NCBI GenBank assembly: GCA_047404195.1
Contig: JBDOIU010000005.1
Location: 75,643 to 139,642, forward strand
Origin: Coxiellaceae bacterium
GTDB lineage: Bacteria > Pseudomonadota > Gammaproteobacteria > JAJRRL01
DNA: 64,000 nt
Reading direction: 5' to 3'
The position numbers and the translations under genes were made by a program. The notes below the pieces were generated by a model, which saw nothing but the letters and a program-made list of their open reading frames with translations, was not told the origin of the DNA and did not search any database. Of the stretch, positions 1 through 11,455 are shown one piece after another. How positions within the stretch are numbered: position 1 is the first letter of the stretch; each line of letters opens with the position of its first letter.

Positions 1-1
1 G

Positions 2-2254
2 ATACTGGAGATTGAGCATGACTTGAACGAGGGAGGTGTTGCGGTTGAAAACCAGGGTGGTATATTGCAATTTTATTTCTGTCGATCCATTTATCTCGCT
101 TTGTTGCATTCCAAGATCGACACTAATACCAGCATTTTTCAAAACCAGCAAAGTGAATTTGATCTACAGAAAATGCAGGCAATTATCGTAAAGCCATTGA
201 CCGAAGCGTTGTCAAAAATCATGGTTAAAAAATCAGAGGATTGCGGTTATGCTCATTCTGGCGGAGGACTTGATATAGCAAATGCCAAAGTAAATCACTT
301 TTCACAATGCTTATCGTGTGTTAAAAAGGAATCAGAAGCGGAAACCCCTCTGGAGCGAGTATATTCACGGCTTTCTGAACAAAAAGTTGGTTTAGGTATT
401 TTATCGCCGCTATCGTTGTCACAAAAAGGTGATCTAAGTAGGGAGGCAAAGGCTTTATCTGATGCCACTCAGGTTTCAACCCAAGAGGCTAGTTTTGCTA
501 TTATTGATGCTGCTGATCGTGCAAATAGCCCGCAGAATACTGGGCATGTTGCAGGCAAGTTTGTAGACCATTGGAATGAGAAGGAAGATTGGAGCGATCT
601 AGAGTTGGCTTCTTTGGATGTAATCGGCCCAGCAGTGACGGACGCTATTTCACTCCTCAAGTACGACGATATTTGTCAAATTCTCGTGAATAAACAGAAT
701 GATCTTTTGTCTGCAGAAAATTTTCAAGGTATCTTGGCTTACTTGAGGAAAGCATTCGATGTGACAGCACCAAATCACCAGCTGAAATTGTTGTTTGCCA
801 CAATAGAACTCGCTGCAAATCACGGTCAAGACTCCCATAAATCTGCGATCGCACAGACATTGGGTCAGATTGTTCACAAATCGCAGTTGATGAACAACAG
901 TAACCCTTCCGGTGGTGCTCAAGACTATACTTTGTCTTATCTTATTGATGCTGTCTTTGTTGGTGATGTGGTTCAACATACCAAAGATGAGTTTTGGTCT
1001 TTTGTACAGACTTGTGCTGATGTCGCGCTTAGAAATGAAGATAAACAAGTATTAGAGTGCCGTAAAGAAAATCTCGCTTTTTTGTTGTGTCTTAAATCTG
1101 CTTGTCATAAACTAAGTTTTGATATTACTAGCGGGTATAATGCCATTGCTGATTTATTATCGCTGTCAGACCTTCCAGCATCAAGCTTGACGGTGTCAAC
1201 ACAAAAAGCGATAAAATATTTCCTGTCTGAAGAGAGGATTTTATCTGCGCTTTCAGTGGTGCCAAACGGAGACGGTTTGAACCCGCCGGTAATTGCCTTC
1301 AATTGTCTTGAGACAGTTTCTAAGCTGACAAAGAATAATTTATGGTGTGATAAAATACAGTCAATAATGTCACATAATAACGATGCAAGCAGGGCGCACT
1401 TTATTGGATGGTTACAACAAGAATCACAGGGCAAAGCTTATGCTGCTGAGGCCTACTTAGACGCTTTGTCTGTTTCTAGGCGATCAGCTGACGATATGCC
1501 GCTATTGATCAGACATGTCAGTAGTCAGTGGTTAAGCAGACGCCTATTGCAAGCAGACGGCGAGTATACAACTATCTTTACGCACTGTGGTTGCAATAAT
1601 ATGCGCTCTTTAAAGCAGGTGTTTGTGGCTGCCTTGCAAAAATTAGGTGCTCCAACAGCTGGTCGCAAGCAGGAAAAGCTTGCTTTGTTAAATTCACTAC
1701 AAATGTTTCTGCAAGAGCAGCCATTCTCAAGCACAGCTGGAAGTGATCTAGCTGCTCAGCCCATTGAAGATGCACAAGCCATGTGGGATGCCATTTGCAA
1801 AGATGCGGATTTACTGCAGAGCTTGAGTGAAGAGGGCAATAATAAAGCGCGAGATTCAGCAATCGATTTATGTGTTGGCTTAGTCTCTGCCTGCCCACAA
1901 CAGCACGTCAGTCGCACATATACCGCTGTTGCACCAAATCCTGGCGAAGCGAATAGGCGGGATAATGATAAAAACATACTTGCGTTGAAGGCATATCTGC
2001 AACGCCCTTGGACTCAAGGCCAGGCAGACTCAACAACGTCCAAGACATTCATTGTCAATTTGATGAAGCTTCCTCAAGTATACCAAACCTTAGTCAAAAT
2101 CCCAGTGATCGAATTCTTAACATACATTTTCGTGCTCAAGCGTTTAATTGATAACTTTGCGCGTGAAAAAGCACGTGCGAAGGTGCAGCCTGCTGCGGAC
2201 GAACGTCAAGTTGTGCCTCCTCTGAATACAGTAGCGGCAGTTGTTTCTTGCTAA
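2..2254 (+). CDS. Large hypothetical helical protein, 5'-truncated by the window edge (possible effector)
   Basis: Frame is open from position 2 with no stop before the called TTG at 23 and ends TAA at 2252-2254. Leu/Ala-rich with no recognisable enzyme motif. Confidence 0.7.
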   Translation: MLEIEHDLNEGGVAVENQGGILQFYFCRSIYLALLHSKIDTNTSIFQNQQSEFDLQKMQAIIVKPLTEALSKIMVKKSEDCGYAHSGGGLDIANAKVNHFSQCLSCVKKESEAETPLERVYSRLSEQKVGLGILSPLSLSQKGDLSREAKALSDATQVSTQEASFAIIDAADRANSPQNTGHVAGKFVDHWNEKEDWSDLELASLDVIGPAVTDAISLLKYDDICQILVNKQNDLLSAENFQGILAYLRKAFDVTAPNHQLKLLFATIELAANHGQDSHKSAIAQTLGQIVHKSQLMNNSNPSGGAQDYTLSYLIDAVFVGDVVQHTKDEFWSFVQTCADVALRNEDKQVLECRKENLAFLLCLKSACHKLSFDITSGYNAIADLLSLSDLPASSLTVSTQKAIKYFLSEERILSALSVVPNGDGLNPPVIAFNCLETVSKLTKNNLWCDKIQSIMSHNNDASRAHFIGWLQQESQGKAYAAEAYLDALSVSRRSADDMPLLIRHVSSQWLSRRLLQADGEYTTIFTHCGCNNMRSLKQVFVAALQKLGAPTAGRKQEKLALLNSLQMFLQEQPFSSTAGSDLAAQPIEDAQAMWDAICKDADLLQSLSEEGNNKARDSAIDLCVGLVSACPQQHVSRTYTAVAPNPGEANRRDNDKNILALKAYLQRPWTQGQADSTTSKTFIVNLMKLPQVYQTLVKIPVIEFLTYIFVLKRLIDNFAREKARAKVQPAADERQVVPPLNTVAAVVSC

Positions 2255-2628
2255 AGGGTATTTTGATACCTATTAGTAAAGTTAGATGGCTACTTTGTAT
2301 GATTAGGGCTGCTCAATAGAACATGCTCAGTTTTTTCTGCGCTGAGTCATTGTGTTTGGTATTGCTTGGTGCCATATCCTATCGAGCATCATGCAATTTG
2401 CTGTTGCGAAGTGCTGCTAGATCATCGTCTGTGCGTTTGTAGCACCGGCTTTGTTTGTTGTCTACTATGCAGTTATTCAATAAAGCTTTGATATATCAAC
2501 CCTCTAGGCCCTACCAGCTCAGCTCTCTAACTGCTTGTTCTGCGATTGATTTTATATTACCATATTTTTTACATTTAAACGGAATATGAGTCTTTTATTG
2601 CTAAGATATACATTATGAAGAGGTATTT

Positions 2629-5583
2629 ATGAAAAGAAAGATGGTTGTAGAGAGTCTGTCGGCTGATGTTCAAAGATCAAGGCCTACACCGTTCCATTTT
2701 ATTATGACGAATAATCGCTTGGTTGTGCGGTTGTCTAATGATAAGTATCATGAATTAATACAACTTTTTCAGAACAACATGCCTAAGTGGTTTAGTGGAT
2801 GGTCTGAGACTATCAGATCTTTTGATTCAATTACAGTGAGTGCTGATGACTATCATAAAGTCTCTCAGTAGCGCTCAGACTTTACCAGTATTGAATGGAG
2901 TGATCTTCAAGTATTTCTACAGCAATATAATTTACATTCTGCAGCCAAACTCATATCAAGAATTGAAAAATTAACAGTAAAAGTGTTTGAAAATAACTCT
3001 GCATTACAGACAGCATTCACTTATCAGCAAGCTGGTGTATCAGCTTTCACATCAGTTGATACTTGTGATGTCATTCTGTCTTATGATTTTAAGAAGATGT
3101 CAGATTTGTATAGTAGCACAGTAGAATGGCTACTCGAGTGGGCTCGTATGCTCGTGTCTGCTAGTAGGCATATCAAACAGTTCGGGTTTTGTATTGATAG
3201 GTGTAAAGCAGATGGTGTGAGTGACATTACTTTTTCGTCATTAAAAAAACACATACAACAATCGCTTTCAACTCTTGGTGGTGAGTACAAGTATAGCAGT
3301 GTTTTGAATGATCAGGTCAGAGAGATGTTCGCAAAAATATTTGGATATTTTGATGCACTAAAATTACAGCTACAGAGAAAGCAGTTTAATTTTGGTCTCA
3401 TAAGCAGTGATCAGCCAAGCAGCGCTAGTATGTTTAAAGAAATCGATACATTAGCTCAGTCCTATCATGATTGTGACAATCCGTTACCTCATGAGAGTGT
3501 TTCTCGGCCCGTCGGTATTAATCGATTACGTTATGATGAGCCTCGATTACATGTGTCGATGCAAAGTAATACCAAAACAAGTTGTGATCCTAGTCCTTGG
3601 TTTGCAAGCGCCGATGATTCCGCATCAAGTGCAGGGTTAGTCGAGTATTTCACTTTGGAAGAAGATGGTATTGACTTGCAGCCACCCAAGTCGGGCAAGT
3701 CGCCTAAGAATGAATTGATAACAGGGTTAGGTTGCTTTGTATCAAGTTGGTCAGGATTGGTAGGAGTTCCAGATAGTTCACGACCAGAAGGATTTATACC
3801 CTTTCCCACAGAACAGAGACCGTATATATTTTGGATTTTAAAAAATGGCGCTTTGAAACAATCACTAAACCTTGCGCATGCGCTACATGATAGGTCAGAC
3901 TTTACACTGATTAAGGATGCTATATCTTCTGGTGCTGAGATAAACCCCAATACGTATAAAGGTCATCATGCACAGCACTATTTATTAAATCCCGTTCCAT
4001 ATGCGAGTGACGATGTAAGGTATTTGCTGCGTGCTGGTGTTATTAATGTCAACAAAGTTTATGGCGCTGACACACTTTTGTCTGTTGCAATCGAGCGTAA
4101 TGCTACATTGCATGTCCAGATGCTGCTTCAGGAGAAGGCTGACCTGAATATGATTGTTAAATTTATGACGCCTTTACAAATGGCCATGTGGAAGCCACAA
4201 GCAGTGGGGTTAAACCTCATTCGGTCCCTGATCAAGCACAAGGCAAATGTTAACTGTAAAGATTTTGATGGTTGCACATTATTGCACAAGGCTGTTCTTG
4301 ATAAAAAGTATTCAATTGCATTGTACTTGGTTGGATCAGGAGCTGATCATACAATCAAGGAAAATCGTGGTAAGACTTTAGATGATCGCTTGTCTGGTCG
4401 ATTTAGGCAGCACCCAGCTTTGGATCTAATATATGCTGCTGGCGTGAATCGTGACACCATCCTTTCTGAGACGATACTGCGGGATGTTAAAGTTTTAGTT
4501 TAAAAGGGAGCTAGTGTTAATGCTCTGAAATACGGGCACAAAACGCCATTAGAATTTGCTGCTATTCACAACTGTACTGAAGTTTTTGATTATCTTGCCA
4601 GTAAAGTGACGAATATTTGTTTTCTAGGTTCAGCTTTATATGCAGCTGCTCAACATGGTCGAATATCTATGGTAAGGTGCATGAGTGATAAAAAATTTAG
4701 TTTGAGTGCTGTAAATCGTGCTATTGCAGTAGCACACAGGAAATGTAGAATAATAGCTGCTGATCAATGGCGTGAAATAACACGTATTCTATTTAATATT
4801 CGTTATCAATCAATTCGAAGAGATATGCTGAATTTAATTAGCAAAGATATTGGCTTTAATTGTCTGGAGCACGAAAATACGACTTTTTTAGATATTGTCG
4901 CTAAAAGAAAAGACTTAGAGTGTTTCAAAAATATTGCTAGCAATGTGACGAATATTGATTTTGTGGGGCTGGCATTACGTGCGGCTGTTCGTCATGGCAA
5001 CGCATCAATGATTGAATGTCTTGTGAATAAAGTAATCAGTCAGGAGGATCATACTGAGGCACTTACCATGGCAAAGAAAAAAGTCTCCGATGCTTTGGCA
5101 AAGGAAAAAGTGTCCAAAGCCCTTAGTTTGCGGACAGACGTTACGGTACTGTTTACACGTCCGTCGGATAAAGGAAGGTGGCTTGACATTCTTAAAATTC
5201 TGAATAGCTTTACCAATGTGCAGATTGATATTATTGAATGTACTACAGTTTCGCCTGAAAGAGCAGTTGGGAGAATCTTCGAGCAAGCTAGCAAGGGTGG
5301 AGCGATTATTGATTTAACAGTTGAAAACCCTGTGATTGTCCCCACTGTGGGATTGCGACCTGTTAAGACTGAGAAAGGATTGCCTCAAGATGCGTGCTCG
5401 TCCGCTGCAGCTCAAACAGGTCACGTTGGAAATGCTGCTAGTACGGGCAATGATCCTGCTGCCATCCCCAAGGCTGGTCCATTCGGCAGTTTTTTTCCTA
5501 GTAGTGGTGTGCCACCTTTGACGAGTACACCGACAAGTCCAGATTGTCGAGAGATGAGCAGCGCATTGATTGATTTATCTTAA
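2629..5583 (+). pseudogene. Ankyrin-repeat protein (985 codons) interrupted by two in-frame stops
   Basis: ORFs 2629-2871, 2983-4503 and 4606-5583 share one frame and are separated only by TAG (2869-2871) and TAA (4501-4503). The ankyrin consensus runs through the second stop (DVKVLV*KGASVNALKYGHKTPLEFAAIHN). Other ANK-like repeats are TLLSVAI, MTPLQMAM and GCTLLHKAV. RBS AAGAGG lies before ATG 2629. Confidence 0.8.
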
Positions 5584-5639
5584 ATCCATTGGGCGCTGAT
5601 TATGCACCCAGCATGTCACAATCAGCATTATCTGGAGTG

Positions 5640-6206
5640 TTAGGCTTTAAGTAAGGATAAAAATTCATGCCTGGTTCTATGATCAGATCGCATGAGTCCA
5701 TGCTGTACTGAAGTTGTCATGCTGGGATTCTGTTTGTTAACGCCACGCATCATCATGCAAAAGTGCTTTGCTTCAATGATCACGCCGACACCTTTTGCGC
5801 CGGTAACCTCTTCGATGGCGTGTGCGATTTGGCTGGTCAAATTTTCTTGCGTTTGTAGACGGCGTGCAAACATATCAACAATTCGAGGTATTTTGGAGAG
5901 CCCAATGATTTTACCATTAGGGATATATGCTACGTGGGCCTTGCCGTGAAATGGCAGCAAGTGATGTTCACAGAGAGAGTAGCACTCAATATTCTTGACG
6001 ATCACTAGGTCATCCACATCGGACTCAAATAATGCACCATTAACAAGGTCTTGTAGGTTTTCAGTATAACCGCTGGTTAAATGTTGAAATGATCTCGCTG
6101 CACGCATAGGGGTCTTAACGAGGCCCTCACGTGTCGTGTCTTCTCCGATCTGGGTCAGCAGCTCATTGTATAGCGCTGTCATCTCATTGTTATGTTTGTC
6201 ACACAT
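5640..6206 (-). CDS. folE: GTP cyclohydrolase I
   Basis: Motifs [35 protein letters not shown] and HFCMMMRGV. Confidence 0.97.
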   Translation of the reverse strand: MCDKHNNEMTALYNELLTQIGEDTTREGLVKTPMRAARSFQHLTSGYTENLQDLVNGALFESDVDDLVIVKNIECYSLCEHHLLPFHGKAHVAYIPNGKIIGLSKIPRIVDMFARRLQTQENLTSQIAHAIEEVTGAKGVGVIIEAKHFCMMMRGVNKQNPSMTTSVQHGLMRSDHRTRHEFLSLLKA

Positions 6207-6618
6207 GGTTGTAACCTGCAGAATTGAAATACCAGTAAATTAATATACAGCTTGTTTTGTTCGTTGTGAAGGTATTTGTTGCTATATATCAGGTAAAAAA
6301 ACTGGCCAAAAAAAGCACATCTGGTTTGCGGAAACTGTTCATGCAGCCTGTGAGAGCAGTGGTTCTGAGCACTACGGTACAAAACACGGTACTGAGAATG
6401 CTTGGCTGACGTTATCTTTGAAATAGCAGATTTATGCCAGGCTCTTGAGCTGGGCATATCTTGAAACACATTTTCATGCAAGGTGAAAGAACAGGCCCTG
6501 ACTGTTTTTCATTTTAAAGCGGGCTTCAGAGTAGGCATATGCTCTAAGTGAATGCTGGCCTCGACAATCTTATTTCATTGTGGGTTTGTCAGGATTACTC
6601 AATCAATAGGGAGGTTTG

Positions 6619-9600
6619 ATGAACCATATAAGTGATTTGGCAAAAAATCTAAATGAAGTCTCAGCGCATTGCATCCAAAGCAATGCGCAGTTGAGAAGTC
6701 TATCTATTAGACAGCCATACATGCTACAAATGTCAAAGCTCACATACAATTGCCACATTGACAGGTTGATTGCAGGGGGGCACCTATCTGATGAGGAATA
6801 CATAAAATTTCACCAGAAAATAGACCAGGCAAAAAAGCCTAAACCTCTTAAAAAAAGCTTGCATGTGGTTTCGCTATCTGCAGTTCGTTCTCAAATGAGC
6901 TTGATGAAATCTGAGATTGAAGCCGTGATTAACATATGGGAGAAGCTGAAGCAATATTGCATTTCAGGTGTACAAGCGCTTGACCATTTGATATCACAAT
7001 TAATTACAAGATCATGTGATGATGAAATTAAACGCATTCAGTCTAATTTACAAGATCCTATCAAGAAAACATTTGATGAATTTGACCAGGCATTGGTAAA
7101 GCTTAGGAAATGTGGACAAGATGAGCTCTCCTTCAATGAGGGAACAGGCGAGTTAATCGTTGATCAGCCCATATTAGGTGGTTCTATGGTTGAATTTGAT
7201 GCGGATGCCTGCTTCAAGCATTTAATATTTATGGGCCATATGGTTAAGAGCCATGATCCATCTGATTATGATCTGACATTTTATCAGTGCAAATGGTATC
7301 GGTGTCATTTACAACTTAACTCGGATTCGAGCTATTCACTAAAGCAGTGCTTGATGATGGAATGTCAGATAGATGGAGGTCAGTTAGGAAAAGATTTCGA
7401 TGTTGTTTTTAGTTGCTGCGATATTTCAAATTTGATGATATCAGACTGTAGTGCAAGTATCACTATGAAACAAACATCTGTTAAGGCGTTACAGCTTAAC
7501 AACGTATGTTCGCAGAAATTAATGATCGCAGGAAGGTGCAATATCAATCATCTTGTCCTGACGCGCTGTCAATCAATACCACTGCAAGTGAGTGGTAGCA
7601 CTGTGAAAAATCTAGTAATGAAAAGGTCAGGCAGCGTTAGCATGAATGATCTTATTTCGATATTTTCAAGTGAAATTCATTCTTTTGAGGCAAAAGACTG
7701 TATTTTCTCTATAAAGGCAAATCTCAGCGTGATGAATCTCAGCATGCAGCATTGTCAATGTCATGAAATAGAGAGTCTATCATCAACTATATTGTTCAAT
7801 ATTGATTGCTGTAATTTCGGCAATTTTGAGATTAACGGTGGACAGACACAGGGGGTTTTTATTGGTTCTAGTTGCGGTGAGATCAATGCGAAAGAACAAC
7901 AAAGCTTGTTGATCAACTTTTCTAAGAAGCAAATTAAATTGAATGTGATACCTGGTAGAGATTATCAGAATTATGTTGTTCATGGGCCAGAAAAAAATAT
8001 CACACACTTATGTATCGGTCCTGGCTCAAAGCCAGATAACTCATTTGCTATCATCGAAAGGCTACGCTCAGTAGGGAAAATATCAGATGCACTGAGAATT
8101 TTTGCAATGCTGCCACAAGAGATGGTGGATATAATGGCTGTTAATCATAAGCACAAGCAGATTCTTTTACTAATGTTGCTAATATATTCAGGACAAAGTC
8201 GCGCGGTCAATCACCTATTGCGAATCATGTCAACTCAGCGACTAGATTATAAGTTATACTGGTCTGAGGACGTTGCTTCTGACTTCAATGATTATATCCA
8301 TAGAAGTGCTTCTCATTTGTTATGGCAATACATCCTGGTGCGCCCAAAAGAGATATTATCAAAAACACGGACAGGAATGCATGGAAATCATGCTGCATTA
8401 AGCTCGATATTGCTTTTGGATAAAAATGATGGAATCCATCTGCCACCTTATTTGTCTTTTGCAAAAAGTATCATTGAGCTGATGCACAACAGAGCCAATA
8501 AGCTCGACCTGGCATATAAATTAGCTCATTATGACGATATTGTTGATCTGGTGAATAGCTTCTTTGTTGATCAATTTACATCTACGACAATAGACCAATT
8601 GTTTTTTGATAATATTAAAGTCCAGCTTCAAAATGTTGATATCGGTCAGCATGACAATTTTGCATCACTTTATTTCAAATCCATTCAAGCAATTAATCAA
8701 TATGTGTTTGATGCACTGCGTTTGGCAAGTACTACATTCAGTCGTCTTATTTGTGACTGGTCACAGTATGGTATAACAAGCACAATACCTATTGAATTGT
8801 ATTGTCAGGCTCCTTTTTATGCTCTCCAATCTCTTCAAGATAGCGAGATTGTGCATGCACACGATGATATTAGGCATGCGGTGAACAAAACACTGTCATT
8901 GAGTGATAAGATCATTTCATTTTGCAGTCAAAGTATCACCGATATGGTTGAGCGATATCGAGTTCAAAGATCAATTTTCTGCATCCTGAATCCGGCAGGA
9001 TCTAAGAAGAAGCAATTACACTCTGAGATACGTCATAAGCTTCCGGCATCGGTTGCCATTAAGGACTGGCGCATCTTTTCAGCATATATTACGTCAATTA
9101 TTGAAACCAGTGAATGCATGCTTAAACGCAGTAGGAGGAATAAGGGCTTTCAGGCAATGATTTATGCCATCATGCCACTGATCAAATTGATCCTAAATAT
9201 CGAGAGTGTGGCTCAGAAAGGTGATGCTCACCAAGAAGGTACAATTCGGTTTTTTACCCAGGAGTGGTCATCATCAAAAAAAATTCCAACATTCATTACA
9301 TTAAAATTGCTGACCCGGTCTCGCAAACAGTTGAAGAATCTACTTGTTTTGTTTAAATCTGTATACCCCGATATGCGGCTAACGTATTGTTTTGATCGTC
9401 AAATCGTTGATGATATGCAAGATCATCTCGCAGCAGTTAATCAGGTTTCGGACGGGGTTTCGGGAAAGGAGGATGTTCAGTTTGATCAGTTTGAGTTGCT
9501 TCTTAAGCTTGAGTTTCAGCAAATGATCTTTGAAAATACACCAGCTGAGTGTATCAACACCATCCATTGGCACAATGGTGAGGTATCTTATAGTCATACA

Positions 9601-9648
9601 CCATATACACAGTTAGACGAGGCGCAGACAATGTACGCGCTAGTATAA
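6619..9648 (+). CDS. Large hypothetical protein with central beta-solenoid/LRR-like repeats (possible effector)
   Basis: ~1009-aa ORF with RBS GGGAGG before ATG 6619. Periodic xIxxLxIxxC-like units lie at ~7417-7842. Confidence 0.7.
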   Translation: MNHISDLAKNLNEVSAHCIQSNAQLRSLSIRQPYMLQMSKLTYNCHIDRLIAGGHLSDEEYIKFHQKIDQAKKPKPLKKSLHVVSLSAVRSQMSLMKSEIEAVINIWEKLKQYCISGVQALDHLISQLITRSCDDEIKRIQSNLQDPIKKTFDEFDQALVKLRKCGQDELSFNEGTGELIVDQPILGGSMVEFDADACFKHLIFMGHMVKSHDPSDYDLTFYQCKWYRCHLQLNSDSSYSLKQCLMMECQIDGGQLGKDFDVVFSCCDISNLMISDCSASITMKQTSVKALQLNNVCSQKLMIAGRCNINHLVLTRCQSIPLQVSGSTVKNLVMKRSGSVSMNDLISIFSSEIHSFEAKDCIFSIKANLSVMNLSMQHCQCHEIESLSSTILFNIDCCNFGNFEINGGQTQGVFIGSSCGEINAKEQQSLLINFSKKQIKLNVIPGRDYQNYVVHGPEKNITHLCIGPGSKPDNSFAIIERLRSVGKISDALRIFAMLPQEMVDIMAVNHKHKQILLLMLLIYSGQSRAVNHLLRIMSTQRLDYKLYWSEDVASDFNDYIHRSASHLLWQYILVRPKEILSKTRTGMHGNHAALSSILLLDKNDGIHLPPYLSFAKSIIELMHNRANKLDLAYKLAHYDDIVDLVNSFFVDQFTSTTIDQLFFDNIKVQLQNVDIGQHDNFASLYFKSIQAINQYVFDALRLASTTFSRLICDWSQYGITSTIPIELYCQAPFYALQSLQDSEIVHAHDDIRHAVNKTLSLSDKIISFCSQSITDMVERYRVQRSIFCILNPAGSKKKQLHSEIRHKLPASVAIKDWRIFSAYITSIIETSECMLKRSRRNKGFQAMIYAIMPLIKLILNIESVAQKGDAHQEGTIRFFTQEWSSSKKIPTFITLKLLTRSRKQLKNLLVLFKSVYPDMRLTYCFDRQIVDDMQDHLAAVNQVSDGVSGKEDVQFDQFELLLKLEFQQMIFENTPAECINTIHWHNGEVSYSHTPYTQLDEAQTMYALV

Positions 9649-9799
9649 CGTTTGATTACAGTCGCACCCACGCTCTGCAAGCTGCATAGAAAGCGATCCG
9701 GTATCAAGCTATTCTAAACCTTGCCAAGCAGTCGACTGGCCAGGATAATCAGTTTTAGGGTTTGTTGTGTATGGTTGTGTGCTCAAACATGCAGTGCGG

Positions 9800-10930
9800 T
9801 CACGAATTAACGGTGCGATTTGCGCGCTCCTGGATCGGCATAAAGTTTCTACTGTCTGGCCCAATATAGACTGCTGTCGGCCGAATGATTTGTTGACTCG
9901 AGTGTTGCTCGAGTATATGTGCTCCCCAGCCTGCGATTCGAGCAAGTACAAAGATAGGTGTAAATAAAAACATAGGAATATCACACAGTGCGTAGGCAGA
10001 TGCGCTGTAAAAATCTACATTTGGAAACATGCCTGCTTGTTCACGTGCGACTTGTTCAATTGTTTCAGCAATTGCGTAGTAGTGATTTTTGGTTTGGTTG
10101 CTTGAGAGTCGTTTTGCCCAGCTTTTGATAATGCTAGATCGCGGGTCTTTTTCAGTATAAACAACATGTCCAAAGCCGGCTATAGTCTGTTTTTTCTGGG
10201 CTATTTCAGTGACGGCATCACGTGCTTCTTCTGCGTTGTCAAATGAGTTAATGAAAGAAAATGCTGCTTCATTGGCGCCACCATGATGGTTGCCTTTGAG
10301 TGTTCCAATGGCGCTACAGATGGCTGAGTAGACGTCAGAACCGGTACTGGTTGTGACTCTGGCAGCAAAAGTTGAGGCATTGAATTCATGTTCAGCATAC
10401 AGTATGAGCGACTGATCAAGCATTTTAATGTGCTCTGATTGTGTTGCTTTACCGTGTAATGTTGTCATGAAGTATTCAGCGGTACTATTGAGTTGTGAAG
10501 TTGTTTCTATTTTTTTATTAGAGTGGTGGTAGTGATACCAGTACAGAACAATGGAGGGTAGTTTGGCTAATACTCTGTCAATATGATCTCGTCCTTCACT
10601 GGCATCTTGCTCTGCCTCTGAGGTTGACATGAACGATACTGCGGTTCGCAGCACATCCATCGGATGTGTCTCAGCGGGAGTGATTTCGAGCAGGGTGCGC
10701 ATTTGTACGGAGAGTGTGCGCCAGGAAGCCAGCCGATTTGTATAGCTTGAAAGTTCACTTGAGGTGGGTAGTTTGCCGTAAATTAATAGGTATGCCACTT
10801 CTTCAAAGCATGCGTGTTCGCACAGATCTGTTATGCTATATCCGCGATAGCGAAGTTCACAGCCTTCCTTGCGTACAGAGCAGATTGCTGTTTCACCAGC
10901 AGCAATACCATGTAGGCCTTTGTTGCTCAT
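9800..10930 (-). CDS. prpC: 2-methylcitrate synthase / citrate synthase family protein
   Basis: Motifs LRYRGY, HPMDVLRT, LYAEHEFNASTF, HGGANEAA, GFGHVVY, DPRS, FPNVDFYSA and IIRP. Start moved to ATG 10930 (GGAG RBS). Confidence 0.8.
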   Translation of the reverse strand: MSNKGLHGIAAGETAICSVRKEGCELRYRGYSITDLCEHACFEEVAYLLIYGKLPTSSELSSYTNRLASWRTLSVQMRTLLEITPAETHPMDVLRTAVSFMSTSEAEQDASEGRDHIDRVLAKLPSIVLYWYHYHHSNKKIETTSQLNSTAEYFMTTLHGKATQSEHIKMLDQSLILYAEHEFNASTFAARVTTSTGSDVYSAICSAIGTLKGNHHGGANEAAFSFINSFDNAEEARDAVTEIAQKKQTIAGFGHVVYTEKDPRSSIIKSWAKRLSSNQTKNHYYAIAETIEQVAREQAGMFPNVDFYSASAYALCDIPMFLFTPIFVLARIAGWGAHILEQHSSQQIIRPTAVYIGPDSRNFMPIQERANRTVNS

Positions 10931-11020
10931 TCTGATCTCCTGATCACCCAACCAGTATACAGTGTAGACGCCGTTGCGTTTTTTGTAAACCAGTCGACTA
11001 TGGCAGCTCTATTTGGTGTA

Positions 11021-11440
11021 TTATTTGGGCAAAACCATCATGGTGAGCTGCGTAGAAGAAATGATTTGCTGCTTCTCATTATGAATATCGATTTGCCAGA
11101 CCTGTGTGCTGCGTCCGAGGTGCTTGGCAACCGCTCGCCCGGTAACGACGCCTGGCTTTGCCGACCTGATATGTGATGTGTTTATGGATAATCCAACACA
11201 GTAATGCATATCATCAACCGCGAAGTTAGCTGCAACTGAGCCAACGGTTTCTGCAAGCACACATGATGCGCCACCGTGCATGATACCCAAAGGTTGTTGC
11301 GTGCGTTCATCAACTGGCATGGTTGCCAGCATATGCTCATCACCAATTTCAGTGATTTGTATGCCACAGTGTGACATCATGGTGTGCTGTCCGCGTTCAT
11401 TAACTGCTTCCAGTGAAATGTTTTTCTGCCAGATTGACAT
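11021..11440 (-). CDS. Hotdog-fold thioesterase (PaaI/YdiI/MenI family)
   Basis: Motifs MPVDERTQQPLGIMHGGASCVLAETVGS and HLGRSTQVWQI. Confidence 0.93.
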   Translation of the reverse strand: MSIWQKNISLEAVNERGQHTMMSHCGIQITEIGDEHMLATMPVDERTQQPLGIMHGGASCVLAETVGSVAANFAVDDMHYCVGLSINTSHIRSAKPGVVTGRAVAKHLGRSTQVWQIDIHNEKQQIISSTQLTMMVLPK

Positions 11441-11455
11441 GACGTGCTCCAGTAG

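Noticed and set aside
2240-2254. C-terminal Cys as a prenylation signal
   Set aside because: The protein ends VVSC, with Cys terminal, which does not match CaaX, CC or CxC.
2869-4503. Alternative genetic code (TAG/TAA reassigned)
   Set aside because: Conserved genes end at the expected positions with TAG (recA, csrA), TAA (alaS, folE) and TGA (mutL), so the standard code applies.
6179-6481. 100-aa ORF upstream of folE
   Set aside because: It has a TTG start, no clear RBS and no motif, overlaps the folE start, and lies in a divergent promoter region.
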